Shown here: piece after piece, positions 1-9,430 of the stretch | How positions within the stretch are numbered: position 1 is the stretch's first letter | Layout of the letters: each line of letters begins with the position of its first letter | From: Halorarum halobium | GTDB lineage: Archaea > Halobacteriota > Halobacteria > Halobacteriales > Haloferacaceae | Length of the DNA stretch: 64,000 nucleotides | NCBI RefSeq assembly: GCF_032116555.1 | Contig: NZ_CP134949.1 | Coordinates: forward strand, 1,364,001 to 1,428,000 | Reading direction: 5' to 3' | Made by a program: the position numbers and the translations under genes | The notes under the pieces: model-generated | Told to the model about the DNA's origin: nothing | Databases searched by the model: none | The model's input: only the letters and a program-made list of their open reading frames with translations

Positions 1-71
1 TCTCACAGTAATCGGCCGGCCTCGAATCGTTTCCGGAAGTTATAGTTCGAGCGCTCTCGACCGACTCGGTA

Positions 72-1271
72 ATGAGGAACATCCAGGTGTCCGAACTCGA
101 CCGCGCGGCGGTCGAGGATCAGGACGTGGAGATCGTCGAACGGAAGGGGCTCGGCCATCCCGACTCCATCTGTGATGGCATCGCGGAGTCGGTCTCGCGG
201 GCGCTCTCGCGGCTGTATCTCGACCGCGTCGGCAAGGTCCTCCACTACAACACCGACGAGACCCAGCTCGTCGCTGGCTCCGCCTCCCCGGCGTTCGGCG
301 GCGGCGAGGTGCTCGAACCGATCTACGTGCTCATCGTCGGGCGCGCCACGAAGAAGTACGAGGGGCAGACGCTCCCCGTCGAACGGACGGCCATCGAGGC
401 CGCGCGGGCGTACCTCCGGCGGAAGTTCCCCGAACTCGACGTCGGCGGGGACGTCATCCTCGACGTGAAGCTCGGCGAGGGCTCGGGCGACCTCCAGCAG
501 GTGTTCGGCGAGGAGGGCGCACAGGTGCCCGAGGCGAACGACACCTCCTTCGGCGTCGGCCACGCGCCCCGGACCGAGACCGAGCGGATCGTCCTCGAGG
601 CCGAGCACGCGCTCAACGGGCGGTACGGCGACGACCACCCAGAACTCGGCCAGGACATCAAGCTGATGGGCAAGCGCGAGGGCGACGAGATCGACATCAC
701 GGTCGCGGCCGCGATGGTCGACGCCCACGTCGAGGACATGGACGACTACGTGGCGGCCGTCGACGCGGTCGAGGCGTACGTCACCGACCTCGCCGAGGAG
801 TACACCGACCGCGAGGTCCACGTGCAGGTGAACACCGCCGACGACCTCGCGGAGGGCGCGATCTACCTCACGACGACCGGCACCTCGGCCGAGCAGGGCG
901 ACGACGGTTCCGTCGGGCGCGGCAATCGAGCGAACGGGCTCATCACCCCGAACCGGCCGATGAGCATGGAGGCGACGTCCGGGAAGAACCCCGTCAACCA
1001 CATCGGGAAGATCTACAACCTGCTTTCGACCGACATCGCCGAGGCGGTCGTCGCGGAGGTCGACGGCATCCGCGACCTCCAGGTCCGACTGCTCTCCCAG
1101 ATCGGCCGCCCCATCGACCAGCCCCACGTCGCCGACGCGCAGGTCGTCACCGAGGACGGCGTCGCGGTCTCGGACGTGGAACCGGAGGTCCGCGCGATCG
1201 TCGACGAGCGGCTGGCGAACGTCACCGACGTCACCCGCCGCGTCATCGACGGCGACCTCTCCACCTTCTGA
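72..1271 (+). CDS. mat: Archaeal-type methionine adenosyltransferase (SAM synthetase)
   Basis: [24 protein letters not shown] and [13 protein letters not shown] motifs; TATA-like gaagttata at about 36-44. Confidence 0.95.
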   Translation: MRNIQVSELDRAAVEDQDVEIVERKGLGHPDSICDGIAESVSRALSRLYLDRVGKVLHYNTDETQLVAGSASPAFGGGEVLEPIYVLIVGRATKKYEGQTLPVERTAIEAARAYLRRKFPELDVGGDVILDVKLGEGSGDLQQVFGEEGAQVPEANDTSFGVGHAPRTETERIVLEAEHALNGRYGDDHPELGQDIKLMGKREGDEIDITVAAAMVDAHVEDMDDYVAAVDAVEAYVTDLAEEYTDREVHVQVNTADDLAEGAIYLTTTGTSAEQGDDGSVGRGNRANGLITPNRPMSMEATSGKNPVNHIGKIYNLLSTDIAEAVVAEVDGIRDLQVRLLSQIGRPIDQPHVADAQVVTEDGVAVSDVEPEVRAIVDERLANVTDVTRRVIDGDLSTF

Positions 1272-1350
1272 CCGGCATCGGACGCACCTCGTCTCCGGTC
1301 CCGGCTGACGCCCCGGAACCACAGCACCGGGCTTCCGCGAAAAATCGGAC

Positions 1351-1731
1351 CTACGCGTCGTCTTCCGCCAGCTCCGCCGCGAGGAACGCCGCGATGGACG
1401 CGTCGGCGCTCTCGACGAACCTGGCGACTTCCGTCCCGTCCCGCTCCACGACGACGGTCGGGATGAACTCGACGCCGTACTCGTCCATTCCGGGCCCCCG
1501 CTTCTCGCCGTCGACCTTCTCGACCGGGTACTGTTCGATCCGCTCGTCCGGCACGCCAGCCGCACCGAGCGCGGCCGCGAACGCGGGCAACTGGCTCGTG
1601 CAGTCACCACACCAGTCGCCGCCCCAGACCCTGAACGTCAGCGAGTCGTCCGCGAGCACGTCGATGGCTTCCGGCGGGGCCGCTCGGGACCCCACCGGAT
1701 CCGGCCGCATCGTGTCGAGTCGGCTGCTCAT
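1351..1731 (-). CDS. Thioredoxin-family protein
   Basis: WCGDC motif and cis-Pro motif FIPT. Confidence 0.85.
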   Translation of the reverse strand: MSSRLDTMRPDPVGSRAAPPEAIDVLADDSLTFRVWGGDWCGDCTSQLPAFAAALGAAGVPDERIEQYPVEKVDGEKRGPGMDEYGVEFIPTVVVERDGTEVARFVESADASIAAFLAAELAEDDA

Positions 1732-1930
1732 ACCCGGCGTAGGGAACCGGCCGGCATAACCCCGACGCCCGCGGCAGCGGCTGCACAGGACCGTGGCGAG
1801 CGTGGCGACCGTCCCGCGGGCCTGTCGGGTGCGGGGTCGAGTCGGCGGCCGGACGGCTAGGTGGCGTCGTCCCGTCGAGCGTTTGCCGGTGTCGGCGAGT
1901 GATTAAGGGGCACGTCCCGTAGCCACGTCC

Positions 1931-2896
1931 ATGGACGACTCCGTGCTGGAGACGATCGGCTCGCCGCTCGTCCGGGTCGACTCGCCGCCCGGGACGACAG
2001 TCGCGGCGAAGCTGGAGTCACACAACCCGGGCGGGTCGGCGAAGGACCGTCCGGCGCGGTACATGGTCGAGGCCGCCGAGGCGGACGGCCTGCTGGAGCC
2101 GGGGGACGCCATCGTCGAACCCACCTCCGGGAACACGGGCGTCGGCCTCGCGCTCGTCGGCGCGGCGACGGGCTACGACGTGACGCTGGTGATGCCGGCC
2201 TCGAAGAGCGAGGAGCGCCGCCGGGTGATGAAGGCGTACGGCGCGGACATCGAACTCGTCGAGGGGAGCATCGAGGACGCGAAGGAGCACGCGGACGAAC
2301 TGGAGGCCGACGGGATGGTACAGCTCCGCCAGTTCGAGAACGAGGCGAACCCGCGCTCGCACTACGAGACGACCGCCGAGGAGCTCCTGGACCAGCTCGA
2401 GGGACGAACCCCGGACGCGCTGGTCGCCGGCGTCGGCACCGGCGGCACCGTCACCGGGATCGGCAGACGGCTCCGCGAGGCGTTCCCGGCGATGGACGTC
2501 GTCGCGGTCGAACCGGAACGGAGCGCCGTCCTCTCGGGCGGGCCGGTCGAGGCTGACGAGTTCCAGGGGATGGGCCCGGGCTTTCTCAGCCCGAACCTGG
2601 ACGTCGACCTGCTCGACGGCGTGTTCACCGTCGGCATCGGGGAGGCCGAAGCCGAGTGCCGACGGATCGCGCGCGAGGAGGGCGTTCTCGTCGGCCAGTC
2701 CGGCGGCGCGTCGAACCTGCGGGCGCGGGACGTCGCCCGCGCGTTCGCGGCCGGCGAGGACCCCGGCTACGGCGACGTGACTGCGGCGGGCTGGGAGCCG
2801 CGACCCGACGCCGGCGAGTCGGGCGCGGACCCGCTGGTCCTCACGGTGTTCCCGGACTCGGGCGAGCGGTACATGTCGACCGGGCTGTTCGACTGA
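1931..2896 (+). CDS. cysK: PLP-dependent cysteine synthase
   Basis: NPGGSAKDR (PLP Lys), PTSGNTG, GVGTGGT, DSGERYMST; TATA-like gattaag at about 1901-1907. Confidence 0.9.
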   Translation: MDDSVLETIGSPLVRVDSPPGTTVAAKLESHNPGGSAKDRPARYMVEAAEADGLLEPGDAIVEPTSGNTGVGLALVGAATGYDVTLVMPASKSEERRRVMKAYGADIELVEGSIEDAKEHADELEADGMVQLRQFENEANPRSHYETTAEELLDQLEGRTPDALVAGVGTGGTVTGIGRRLREAFPAMDVVAVEPERSAVLSGGPVEADEFQGMGPGFLSPNLDVDLLDGVFTVGIGEAEAECRRIAREEGVLVGQSGGASNLRARDVARAFAAGEDPGYGDVTAAGWEPRPDAGESGADPLVLTVFPDSGERYMSTGLFD

Positions 2897-2937
2897 CGGC
2901 GACTCGGCGGGGGGAGCGCCCGACGCGGCCCCGGCGG

Positions 2938-3393
2938 TCAGCCCTCGAACTCCGCTTCGGTGACGCGCACCCTGACCGTCTCCTCGACGTCGTGCAGGTC
3001 GTACTCGGGCAGCGGCGCGTCGTCGCTCCGGGCGAGATACATCGGCTCCAGCAGTTCGCCGTCCTCGACGCCGTACACCTTCAGCAGCCGGTCGGTCTCC
3101 TCGGGCCTGACGTCGTCGTTCCGGACCTCGGTCGCGAGTTCGCGCGAGAGCCACTCGTCCTCGGAGACGGAGGGGTCCTTGACGAACGCCTCGTCGACGA
3201 ACCGGACCAGATACCAGTTCAGGTCGTTCAGCAGCGAGACGGCCGCGCCGAGGCTCACGGTCTCGACGGCGATGCTGTTCTCGAACGGGGACGTGCGGTC
3301 GTAGGTGGAGAGCGCGTCCCGAGCCGTCTCCCGCGAGAGGAGCTCGTACCGGAGCTCCGAGCCCGGCTCCCCGACGAGACACACCGTTGGCAT
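2938..3393 (-). CDS. Conserved haloarchaeal hypothetical protein (DUF5804-like)
   Basis: Acidic ORF; LRYELLSRETAR and SLLNDLNWYLVR segments resemble this family. Confidence 0.7.
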   Translation of the reverse strand: MPTVCLVGEPGSELRYELLSRETARDALSTYDRTSPFENSIAVETVSLGAAVSLLNDLNWYLVRFVDEAFVKDPSVSEDEWLSRELATEVRNDDVRPEETDRLLKVYGVEDGELLEPMYLARSDDAPLPEYDLHDVEETVRVRVTEAEFEG

Positions 3394-3486
3394 GGTTTCG
3401 CCTCGCCGCGGTCCGGCAAAGCGGTTACGCTCCTCGGCCCGATTCGTCGGGTCGCTGAACCGACCACGGGTGGAGGTGCCAGCCTC

Positions 3487-4953
3487 TCAGGCGTCGGGCC
3501 AGCGCTCGATGTACACCGTCTCGTCGGTGTAAAAGCGGATCGCGTCCTCCCCCTGCGCGTGGAGGTCGCCGAAGAAGGACTCCTTCGCCCCGCCGAAGTG
3601 GAAGAACGCCATCGGCGCCGCGGTACCGACGTTGACCCCGAGGTTCCCGGCGTCGACCTCGTGGCGGAACCGCCTCGCCTCGCCGCCGTCGCGGGTGAAG
3701 AGCGAGGCGGCGTTGCCGAACCGCGAGCCGTTCACGACGTCGAGCGCCTCCCCGAAGTCGGACGCGCGGACGAGCGCGAGCACCGGGCCGAAGATCTCCT
3801 CGCGGGCGAGCGCGTCGTCGGGGTCGACGTCGCCGAAGATCGTCGGGCCGAGATACGACCCCTCGCCGGGGACGTCGCGCTCGCGCCCGTCGAGCAGCAG
3901 CCGCCCGCCCTCCGCCACGCCGGTCTCGACGTACTCCAGGACGGACTCGCGGTGGGCCGCCGAGACGAGCGGCCCCATCTCCGTGTCGGCGTCCAGCCCC
4001 GGGCCGACGGTCAGGTCGCCGGTCGCGTCCACGAGCGCCTCGGCGAACGGCTCGTACACCGCGTCCTCGACGACCGCGACAGGGTTCGCCAGACAGCGCT
4101 GGCCGGCGTTCGCGAACGCGGAGCTGACGGTCTGTTCGACCGCGTGCTCGAGGTCGGCCTCCGCGGAGACGACGATGTGGTTCTTCGCGCCCCCCTGCGC
4201 CTGCACGCGCTTGCCCGCCCCGGCCGCCGTCTCGTACACGTGTCGGGCGATCGGCGTGGAGCCGACGAAGGAGACGCCCTCGATCCCGTCGTGGGTGATG
4301 AGCCGGTTCACCGTGTCCGGCCCGCCGTGGACGACGTTGACGACGCCGTCCGGGAACCCTGCCTCCTCGACGAGTTCGGCGATGCGGACGGCCGTGAACG
4401 GGTCGCGTTCGCTGGGCTTCAGCACGAACGTGTTCCCCGTGGCGACGGCGTACGGCAGGAACCACAGCGGGATCATCGCGGGGAAGTTGAACGGCGTCAC
4501 CGCGAGGAACGTCCCGAGCGGCTTCCGGACGGCCGTCTCGTCGATGTCCGGCGCGGCGTGCGGGAGGTGACCCGCCTGCATGAGGCTGGGCGCGCCACAG
4601 GCGACCTCGACGTTCTCGATGCCGCGACGAATCTCGCCGAGCGCCTCGTCGGTCGTCTTGCCGTGTTCGGTCACGAGCGTCTCGGCGAGCGACTCCTGGT
4701 TCCCCTCGAGGAGCCGTTTCAGCCGGAACAGCGGCTGGATCCGCGCCTCGACGGCCGTCTCGCTCCAGTCCTCGAACGCCTCGTTCGCCGCGGCGACCGC
4801 GTCGTCGACGTCCCCCGCCGAGGAGAAGTCGACGCGGCCGACCGACTCGCCGGTCGCGGGGTTCACCACGTCCCGCCCCTCGTCGCCGGCGGGTCGCCGC
4901 CACGTTCCGCCCGCGTAGTTTCGCACCGTCTCGGCCGTGGGTGGTCCGTCCAT
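3487..4953 (-). CDS. mmsA: CoA-acylating methylmalonate-semialdehyde dehydrogenase
   Basis: PFNFPAMIPLW, LKPSERDP, GGAKNH, AGQRC, EEIFGPV; start reassigned to ATG at 4953. Confidence 0.9.
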   Translation of the reverse strand: MDGPPTAETVRNYAGGTWRRPAGDEGRDVVNPATGESVGRVDFSSAGDVDDAVAAANEAFEDWSETAVEARIQPLFRLKRLLEGNQESLAETLVTEHGKTTDEALGEIRRGIENVEVACGAPSLMQAGHLPHAAPDIDETAVRKPLGTFLAVTPFNFPAMIPLWFLPYAVATGNTFVLKPSERDPFTAVRIAELVEEAGFPDGVVNVVHGGPDTVNRLITHDGIEGVSFVGSTPIARHVYETAAGAGKRVQAQGGAKNHIVVSAEADLEHAVEQTVSSAFANAGQRCLANPVAVVEDAVYEPFAEALVDATGDLTVGPGLDADTEMGPLVSAAHRESVLEYVETGVAEGGRLLLDGRERDVPGEGSYLGPTIFGDVDPDDALAREEIFGPVLALVRASDFGEALDVVNGSRFGNAASLFTRDGGEARRFRHEVDAGNLGVNVGTAAPMAFFHFGGAKESFFGDLHAQGEDAIRFYTDETVYIERWPDA

Positions 4954-5042
4954 GTCACTCGGTGACGTCTCCCGGTGCAAAGAACTGTGGTCACCGGCCA
5001 GCGCTTCCGTTCGGGAACGACCTTCGGGTCGGTCTCGTGGAC

Positions 5043-6770
5043 TCAGGGGTGTGCGTAGTAGGCGACCGTCTCGTCGGGGTCGACGCGGTCGTAGCGCGCG
5101 AAGCCGACGCGCTCGAACTGGACCACATCGTCCGGTTCGTACGAGGCGTAGCCGGGTTCGGCGCGGCCGTGGACGTCGCCCTCGACGGTCCGGAGCCTGA
5201 CCGGGACGTTGTCGCCCGCGGGCACCCAGTGGACGACCGGGACGCCCTCCTCGCGGACCATCTCGATGTCGGTGCCGACCCAGTCGAGCGCGTCGCCCTC
5301 GCGCCGGAGACAGCCGTACCCCTTCAGCCAGACGCGCTCGCCCTCGGCCGGCAGGTCGTCGGGTTCGACGAGCACGGCGTCGTCGACGGGGATGTCGCGC
5401 CGGCCGCGGTCCTCGTGGTTCGGGTGGAGCGGCGGGGTGCCGGCGGCGGGCCTGTCCGCGCCGGTCACGGCGATTCGCTCGCCGTCGCGCACGAGGAACC
5501 GGCGGTCGGTGTCCTCGTCGATGGCGTTGCGGTTGTTCGCGTACACCGCCGACATCGCCAGATCGACGTCGCTGGTCGACATGCCGAGTTCGACCATCGC
5601 GTCGACGAGCGCCTGGCCGCGGATGCCGCGGCGGCGGATCGACTTGATCGTCGGGACGCGCGGGTCGTCCCAGCCGTCGAGTTCGCCGGTCTCGATGCGC
5701 TCCTTGATCGTCGAGGTCGACAGCTTCACGTCGTACTCGTCGACCTGGACGTGGCCCCAGTGGAGCACCTCGGGGTACTCCCAGCCGAAGTAGTCGTAGA
5801 CGAACCCCTGGCGCTTCGCGGAGTCCTGCAGGTCGATGCCGCGGACGATGTGGGTGACGCCCGTCAGGTGGTCGTCGATGCCCGACTGGAAGTCGAGCAT
5901 CGGCCACGCGCGGTACGACTCCGCCTCGGGCCGCGGGTGGGGCGTCTCGACGACGCGGAAGGCGACGAAGTCCCGCAGCGCCGGGTTCTTGTGTTCGATG
6001 TCGGTCTTGACGCGGAGGACCAGCTCGCCGTCGCCGTACTCGCCCGCGACCATCGCGTCGAACTCCTCGCGGACCGTCTCGGCGTCCTTGTCGCGGTGGG
6101 GACAGGCCTCGCCGTCGGCCTTCAGGCTACGGAACTCCTCGGCGGGACACGAGCAGGTGTACGCGCCGCCCAGGTCGATGAGCTCCCGGGCGTGCTCGTA
6201 GTACGTCTCGACGCGGTCGGAGGCCCGCAGCACCTCGTCGGGCTCGAACCCGAGGTAGTCGACGTCCTCGAGGATGGCGTCGTAGGCCCACAGGAGCGGG
6301 CGGCCGACGCCAGTGTCCGGGTTCGTGTCGTCGAAGCGGACGATGAAGTGGCCGTCGTAGCGCTCGGCGTACGTGCCGATGACCGAGGGCATCCGCGCGT
6401 GGCCGATGTGCCACGGGCCGTTGGGGTTCGGCGCGGCGCGCATCCGGATCTCGTCGTACTCGTCCGCGTTCGGGAGGTCCGGAAGGGCCCGCTCGTCGGT
6501 CTCCTCGTCGGCGTCGAGTTCCGCCAGCAGGTCGGGCGCGAGTTCGGCCAGGCGGTCGCGTCGGGCCGACTCGTCCATGCCCGCGACCTCGTTCGCCACG
6601 GGCGCGACGACGCCGGGGATCTCGTCGCCGTGCTGCCGGAACTCGGGGTTCTCACCCATCAGCGGGCCCATGATCGCGCCGACCTCGGGGTCGGAGCCGT
6701 GTTTCAGCGCGTTGTACAGCGCGGCCGTCTCGGCGGCCGCGCGCACGCGCTCTCGCATGTCGTCGTCCAT
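5043..6770 (-). CDS. gltX: Glutamate--tRNA ligase (archaeal type)
   Basis: RAAPNPNGPWHIGH, RFDDTNP, KLSTS, QFERVGFAR; start at ATG 6770. Confidence 0.95.
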   Translation of the reverse strand: MDDDMRERVRAAAETAALYNALKHGSDPEVGAIMGPLMGENPEFRQHGDEIPGVVAPVANEVAGMDESARRDRLAELAPDLLAELDADEETDERALPDLPNADEYDEIRMRAAPNPNGPWHIGHARMPSVIGTYAERYDGHFIVRFDDTNPDTGVGRPLLWAYDAILEDVDYLGFEPDEVLRASDRVETYYEHARELIDLGGAYTCSCPAEEFRSLKADGEACPHRDKDAETVREEFDAMVAGEYGDGELVLRVKTDIEHKNPALRDFVAFRVVETPHPRPEAESYRAWPMLDFQSGIDDHLTGVTHIVRGIDLQDSAKRQGFVYDYFGWEYPEVLHWGHVQVDEYDVKLSTSTIKERIETGELDGWDDPRVPTIKSIRRRGIRGQALVDAMVELGMSTSDVDLAMSAVYANNRNAIDEDTDRRFLVRDGERIAVTGADRPAAGTPPLHPNHEDRGRRDIPVDDAVLVEPDDLPAEGERVWLKGYGCLRREGDALDWVGTDIEMVREEGVPVVHWVPAGDNVPVRLRTVEGDVHGRAEPGYASYEPDDVVQFERVGFARYDRVDPDETVAYYAHP

Positions 6771-6803
6771 TGGAGTCGGCTTCGCCGGCCGCACCAAAAA
6801 GGG

Positions 6804-6883
6804 GCGTGAAACGTCGGGCACACCCGGGTAGGGGCAACCGGCGTGACGGGCGTCCGGGGGATATGGATGTCGACGTTTCACGC
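6804..6883. other. Intergenic stem-loop with a perfect 13-bp stem enclosing G-rich sequence (candidate ncRNA)
   Basis: GCGTGAAACGTCG (6804-6816) and CGACGTTTCACGC (6871-6883); interior contains CGGGTAGGGG. Confidence 0.45.
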
Positions 6884-6999
6884 GGTTTCAGCCGTCACCC
6901 GGCCGGTAAGACCCGCCTACGCGGCGTCCGAACCGTCGGTCCGGGTCCTCGACCGCCTCGACGGGTAACGTTTTGCGCGTGCCGCGCGTTCGCCCGCCA

Positions 7000-7443
7000 A
7001 TGACCGTGTTCTTCGAGGACGTGAGCGAGGGTGACCGGTCCGAGTACGGCAGCTACGAGGTGACCCGCGAGGAGATCATCAGGTTCGCCGAACAGTACGA
7101 CCCGCAGTGGTTCCACGTCGACGAGGAGCGGATCGAGCGAGAATCGCCCTACGGCGGGCTCATCGCGTCCGGCTGGCACACCGCCGCGATGACGATGCGC
7201 ATGCTCGTCGAGGCGGAGTTCAGGGATGCCGCCTCCGTCGGCGCGAAGGGCACCGACGAACTCCGCTGGTGGCGACCGGTTCGTCCCGGCGACACGCTCC
7301 GCATCGAGACGGAGATCGTCGAGACCGTCCCCGAGTCCCCGGAGCGCGGGCTGGTTCGCGTGCGGGTGGAGACGTACGACGGCGACGACGAGCGCGTGTT
7401 CTCGATGATCGGCAACGTGATGTATCTCACCCGCGACGGCTGA
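7000..7443 (+). CDS. MaoC-family (hot-dog fold) dehydratase
   Basis: FAEQYDPQWFHVD, ASGWHT, PVRPGDTL. Confidence 0.9.
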   Translation: MTVFFEDVSEGDRSEYGSYEVTREEIIRFAEQYDPQWFHVDEERIERESPYGGLIASGWHTAAMTMRMLVEAEFRDAASVGAKGTDELRWWRPVRPGDTLRIETEIVETVPESPERGLVRVRVETYDGDDERVFSMIGNVMYLTRDG

Positions 7444-7522
7444 TCGGTCGGTTCATTCCCCGTGGCGCTGGCCGGAGCGGGATCGTCTCACCGATCCGAG
7501 AATCGTCCGTTGCCGAGTCGTC

Positions 7523-8347
7523 TCACCGATCCGACTCCCGGTCGAGGTCGGCCGCCTCGAGGTCCCGTGCCGCCTTCCGGAACACGCCGGTGAGCGTGCT
7601 CACCTCCTTGTCGGTCGGGTGCGCCCGGCCGACCAGCCGCCGGATCAGCCGCTCGGTGCGCTCCCGCTTGTGGTCGCGGTGTTCGACCGAATCGAGGAAC
7701 GACGAGAACTGCTCGTAGAGCCGTTCGACGTCGGGTTCGGCGGCCCGCTCGCGCTCCACGTCCGGCAACTGCGTCTCCTCGACGAACAGGGTTCGTAGCT
7801 CGTACAGCGTCACCGTCGCGGCCTGGCCCAGGTTGAGCACCGGGTACTCGGCGCTCGCCGGGATCGAACAGATCTCGTCGATGCGCGCGAGTTCGTCGTT
7901 GTTCAGCCCGCGGCCCTCGCGGCCGAACACGAGCGCCGTGTCGGCCTCGACGGTCGCCAGCGACTCGCTCACATCCGCGGGGGTCGAGAACGGGAACCGG
8001 ACGTGTCGTCGGGCGTCCTCGCCGGTGATCGCGGTGCAGCCGACGGTGTGGTAGCGCTCGACCACCGAGTCGAAGGTGACGGTCTCGGCGTTCGGGAGCA
8101 CGTCCTCGCGCGCGTGCCCGGCGAACCCATACGCCTCGCCACCCTCGGTCAGTTCGGGCGGGTTCACCAGCTTCAGGTCCGAGAGCCCGAAGTTCTTCAT
8201 CGCCCGCGCGACGGTGCCGACGTTCCCCGGCGTCTCGGGCTCGACGAGGACGACGACGTACTCGCTGTCGTCCCCGGTTTCCCGGCCGCCTCCGGCGCCC
8301 TCCTCGGCGTCCAGTTCGTCGTCGCCGTCGGACCCGCCGCGGCTCAT
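7523..8347 (-). CDS. trmJ: SPOUT RNA methyltransferase, TrmJ/LasT family
   Basis: [39 protein letters not shown]. Confidence 0.85.
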   Translation of the reverse strand: MSRGGSDGDDELDAEEGAGGGRETGDDSEYVVVLVEPETPGNVGTVARAMKNFGLSDLKLVNPPELTEGGEAYGFAGHAREDVLPNAETVTFDSVVERYHTVGCTAITGEDARRHVRFPFSTPADVSESLATVEADTALVFGREGRGLNNDELARIDEICSIPASAEYPVLNLGQAATVTLYELRTLFVEETQLPDVERERAAEPDVERLYEQFSSFLDSVEHRDHKRERTERLIRRLVGRAHPTDKEVSTLTGVFRKAARDLEAADLDRESDR

Positions 8348-8934
8348 TGGGGGTACTCGCGATTCAGGTCGAGGTCGTCGATGCCGTCGAGTCCGTCGTC
8401 GCCGTCGGTCCCGGCAGACTCGGCACCGTCGCGCTCGCCGTCGCCGTCGAAGTCCGACCGCTCGTCTTCCAGCAGTTCCTGCTCGCGCTCGTAGATCTCC
8501 TCCGGGTCCGGGAGGTTCGGCAGGTCGTCGGGGTCCGTCTCGACGTGATCGACGCCGCCGTAGCCGTCCGGCGCGCGCCCGCCGTCCGCGAACCACTCGT
8601 GGAACTCGTCCCGCAGTTCGGGCTCGCCGGCGAGCCGCGTGCCGCCCTCCTCCTGGAACCAGTAGCTGAAGTCGGGTTCGTGCCGATCACACAGCAGGAT
8701 CTCCTCCAGGGGTTCGCCGTACACGACCGTCGCCTCGCGGCAGCGTCGCTTCTCCTCCTCGCCGTGGATCAGGTAGCACGCGTCACACGGTTTGCCCATG
8801 ACGACCTGGAGCCGGAGCAGCCGGTGTCGCGGCCCCTTCGGCATCTCCTCCAGGGGTCGCCACGTCCCCGCCTCGGTGAAGACGTCCGCCTCGTCGAAGC
8901 GCCAGCCGCGCAGGCCGATGCTCACCTTTCCCAT
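8344..8934 (-). CDS. Conserved hypothetical protein, putative Zn-binding, with acidic tail
   Basis: CDAC...C...CDRH; stop overlaps the trmJ start (ATGA). Confidence 0.75.
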   Translation of the reverse strand: MGKVSIGLRGWRFDEADVFTEAGTWRPLEEMPKGPRHRLLRLQVVMGKPCDACYLIHGEEEKRRCREATVVYGEPLEEILLCDRHEPDFSYWFQEEGGTRLAGEPELRDEFHEWFADGGRAPDGYGGVDHVETDPDDLPNLPDPEEIYEREQELLEDERSDFDGDGERDGAESAGTDGDDGLDGIDDLDLNREYPQ

Positions 8935-9030
8935 TGGTTCGGGGTAGCGGGGCAGGTGGGATAAACGACGCGTTCGCTCGATGATATCCTGCTTGGGGCC
9001 AGAAACTCGTGGTCGAGCAGGTGGTGACGA

Positions 9031-9335
9031 CCGCCTCGAAAGCCCCCGGCTGGCTACGCTCCCGCGGCACGCGCTGCGCGCTTCACGCTCACTTCGTTCG
9101 CGTTGCAGTGCTTGCGGCGCCGGGGTTCGCGTAGCCAGCCGGCCCCTTTCATTCCCACCCGACCACCCAGCACCGCAGCCTCGCCCTCCCTTACCTCGGA
9201 GCACGCTCCTCGGAACTCACCCTCGCTCCGCTCGCGTGAACAGCCTCCTGCGCTCCTCGCTCGCAGGCTCGCTCAGGTGCTCGTCCCTCGCGCGCGTCGT
9301 CTCGCCCCTCCGGGGCTCGCCGTCACGCGCGCCAG
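9031..9335. repeat. Palindromic intergenic repeat, copy 1 (modules A and B)
   Basis: cctcgaaagcccccggctggctacgc...gcgtagccagccggcccctttcattcccaccc followed by a ~95-nt block nearly identical to 21036-21130. Confidence 0.85.
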
Positions 9336-9430
9336 TCGGCTGATTCCCATCCCGGAGCGAATAGCCAACGACCCCGAAGCGCCGTTCCGCGACCGCAACA
9401 CCGAAGCGCGCGCCGGCCGACCGCCCACCA

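Noticed and set aside
3..1610. Long antisense or alternate-frame ORFs (e.g. 3-1610, 2656-4965, 41659-44454, 55160-57880, 60907-63345)
   Set aside because: Shadow ORFs of real genes caused by high GC and stop-codon scarcity; Arg/Gly/Val-rich and lacking motifs
1760..1925. Cys-containing reading frame upstream of cysK as an attenuator peptide
   Set aside because: No ATG start, and the TATA position implies a leaderless cysK transcript
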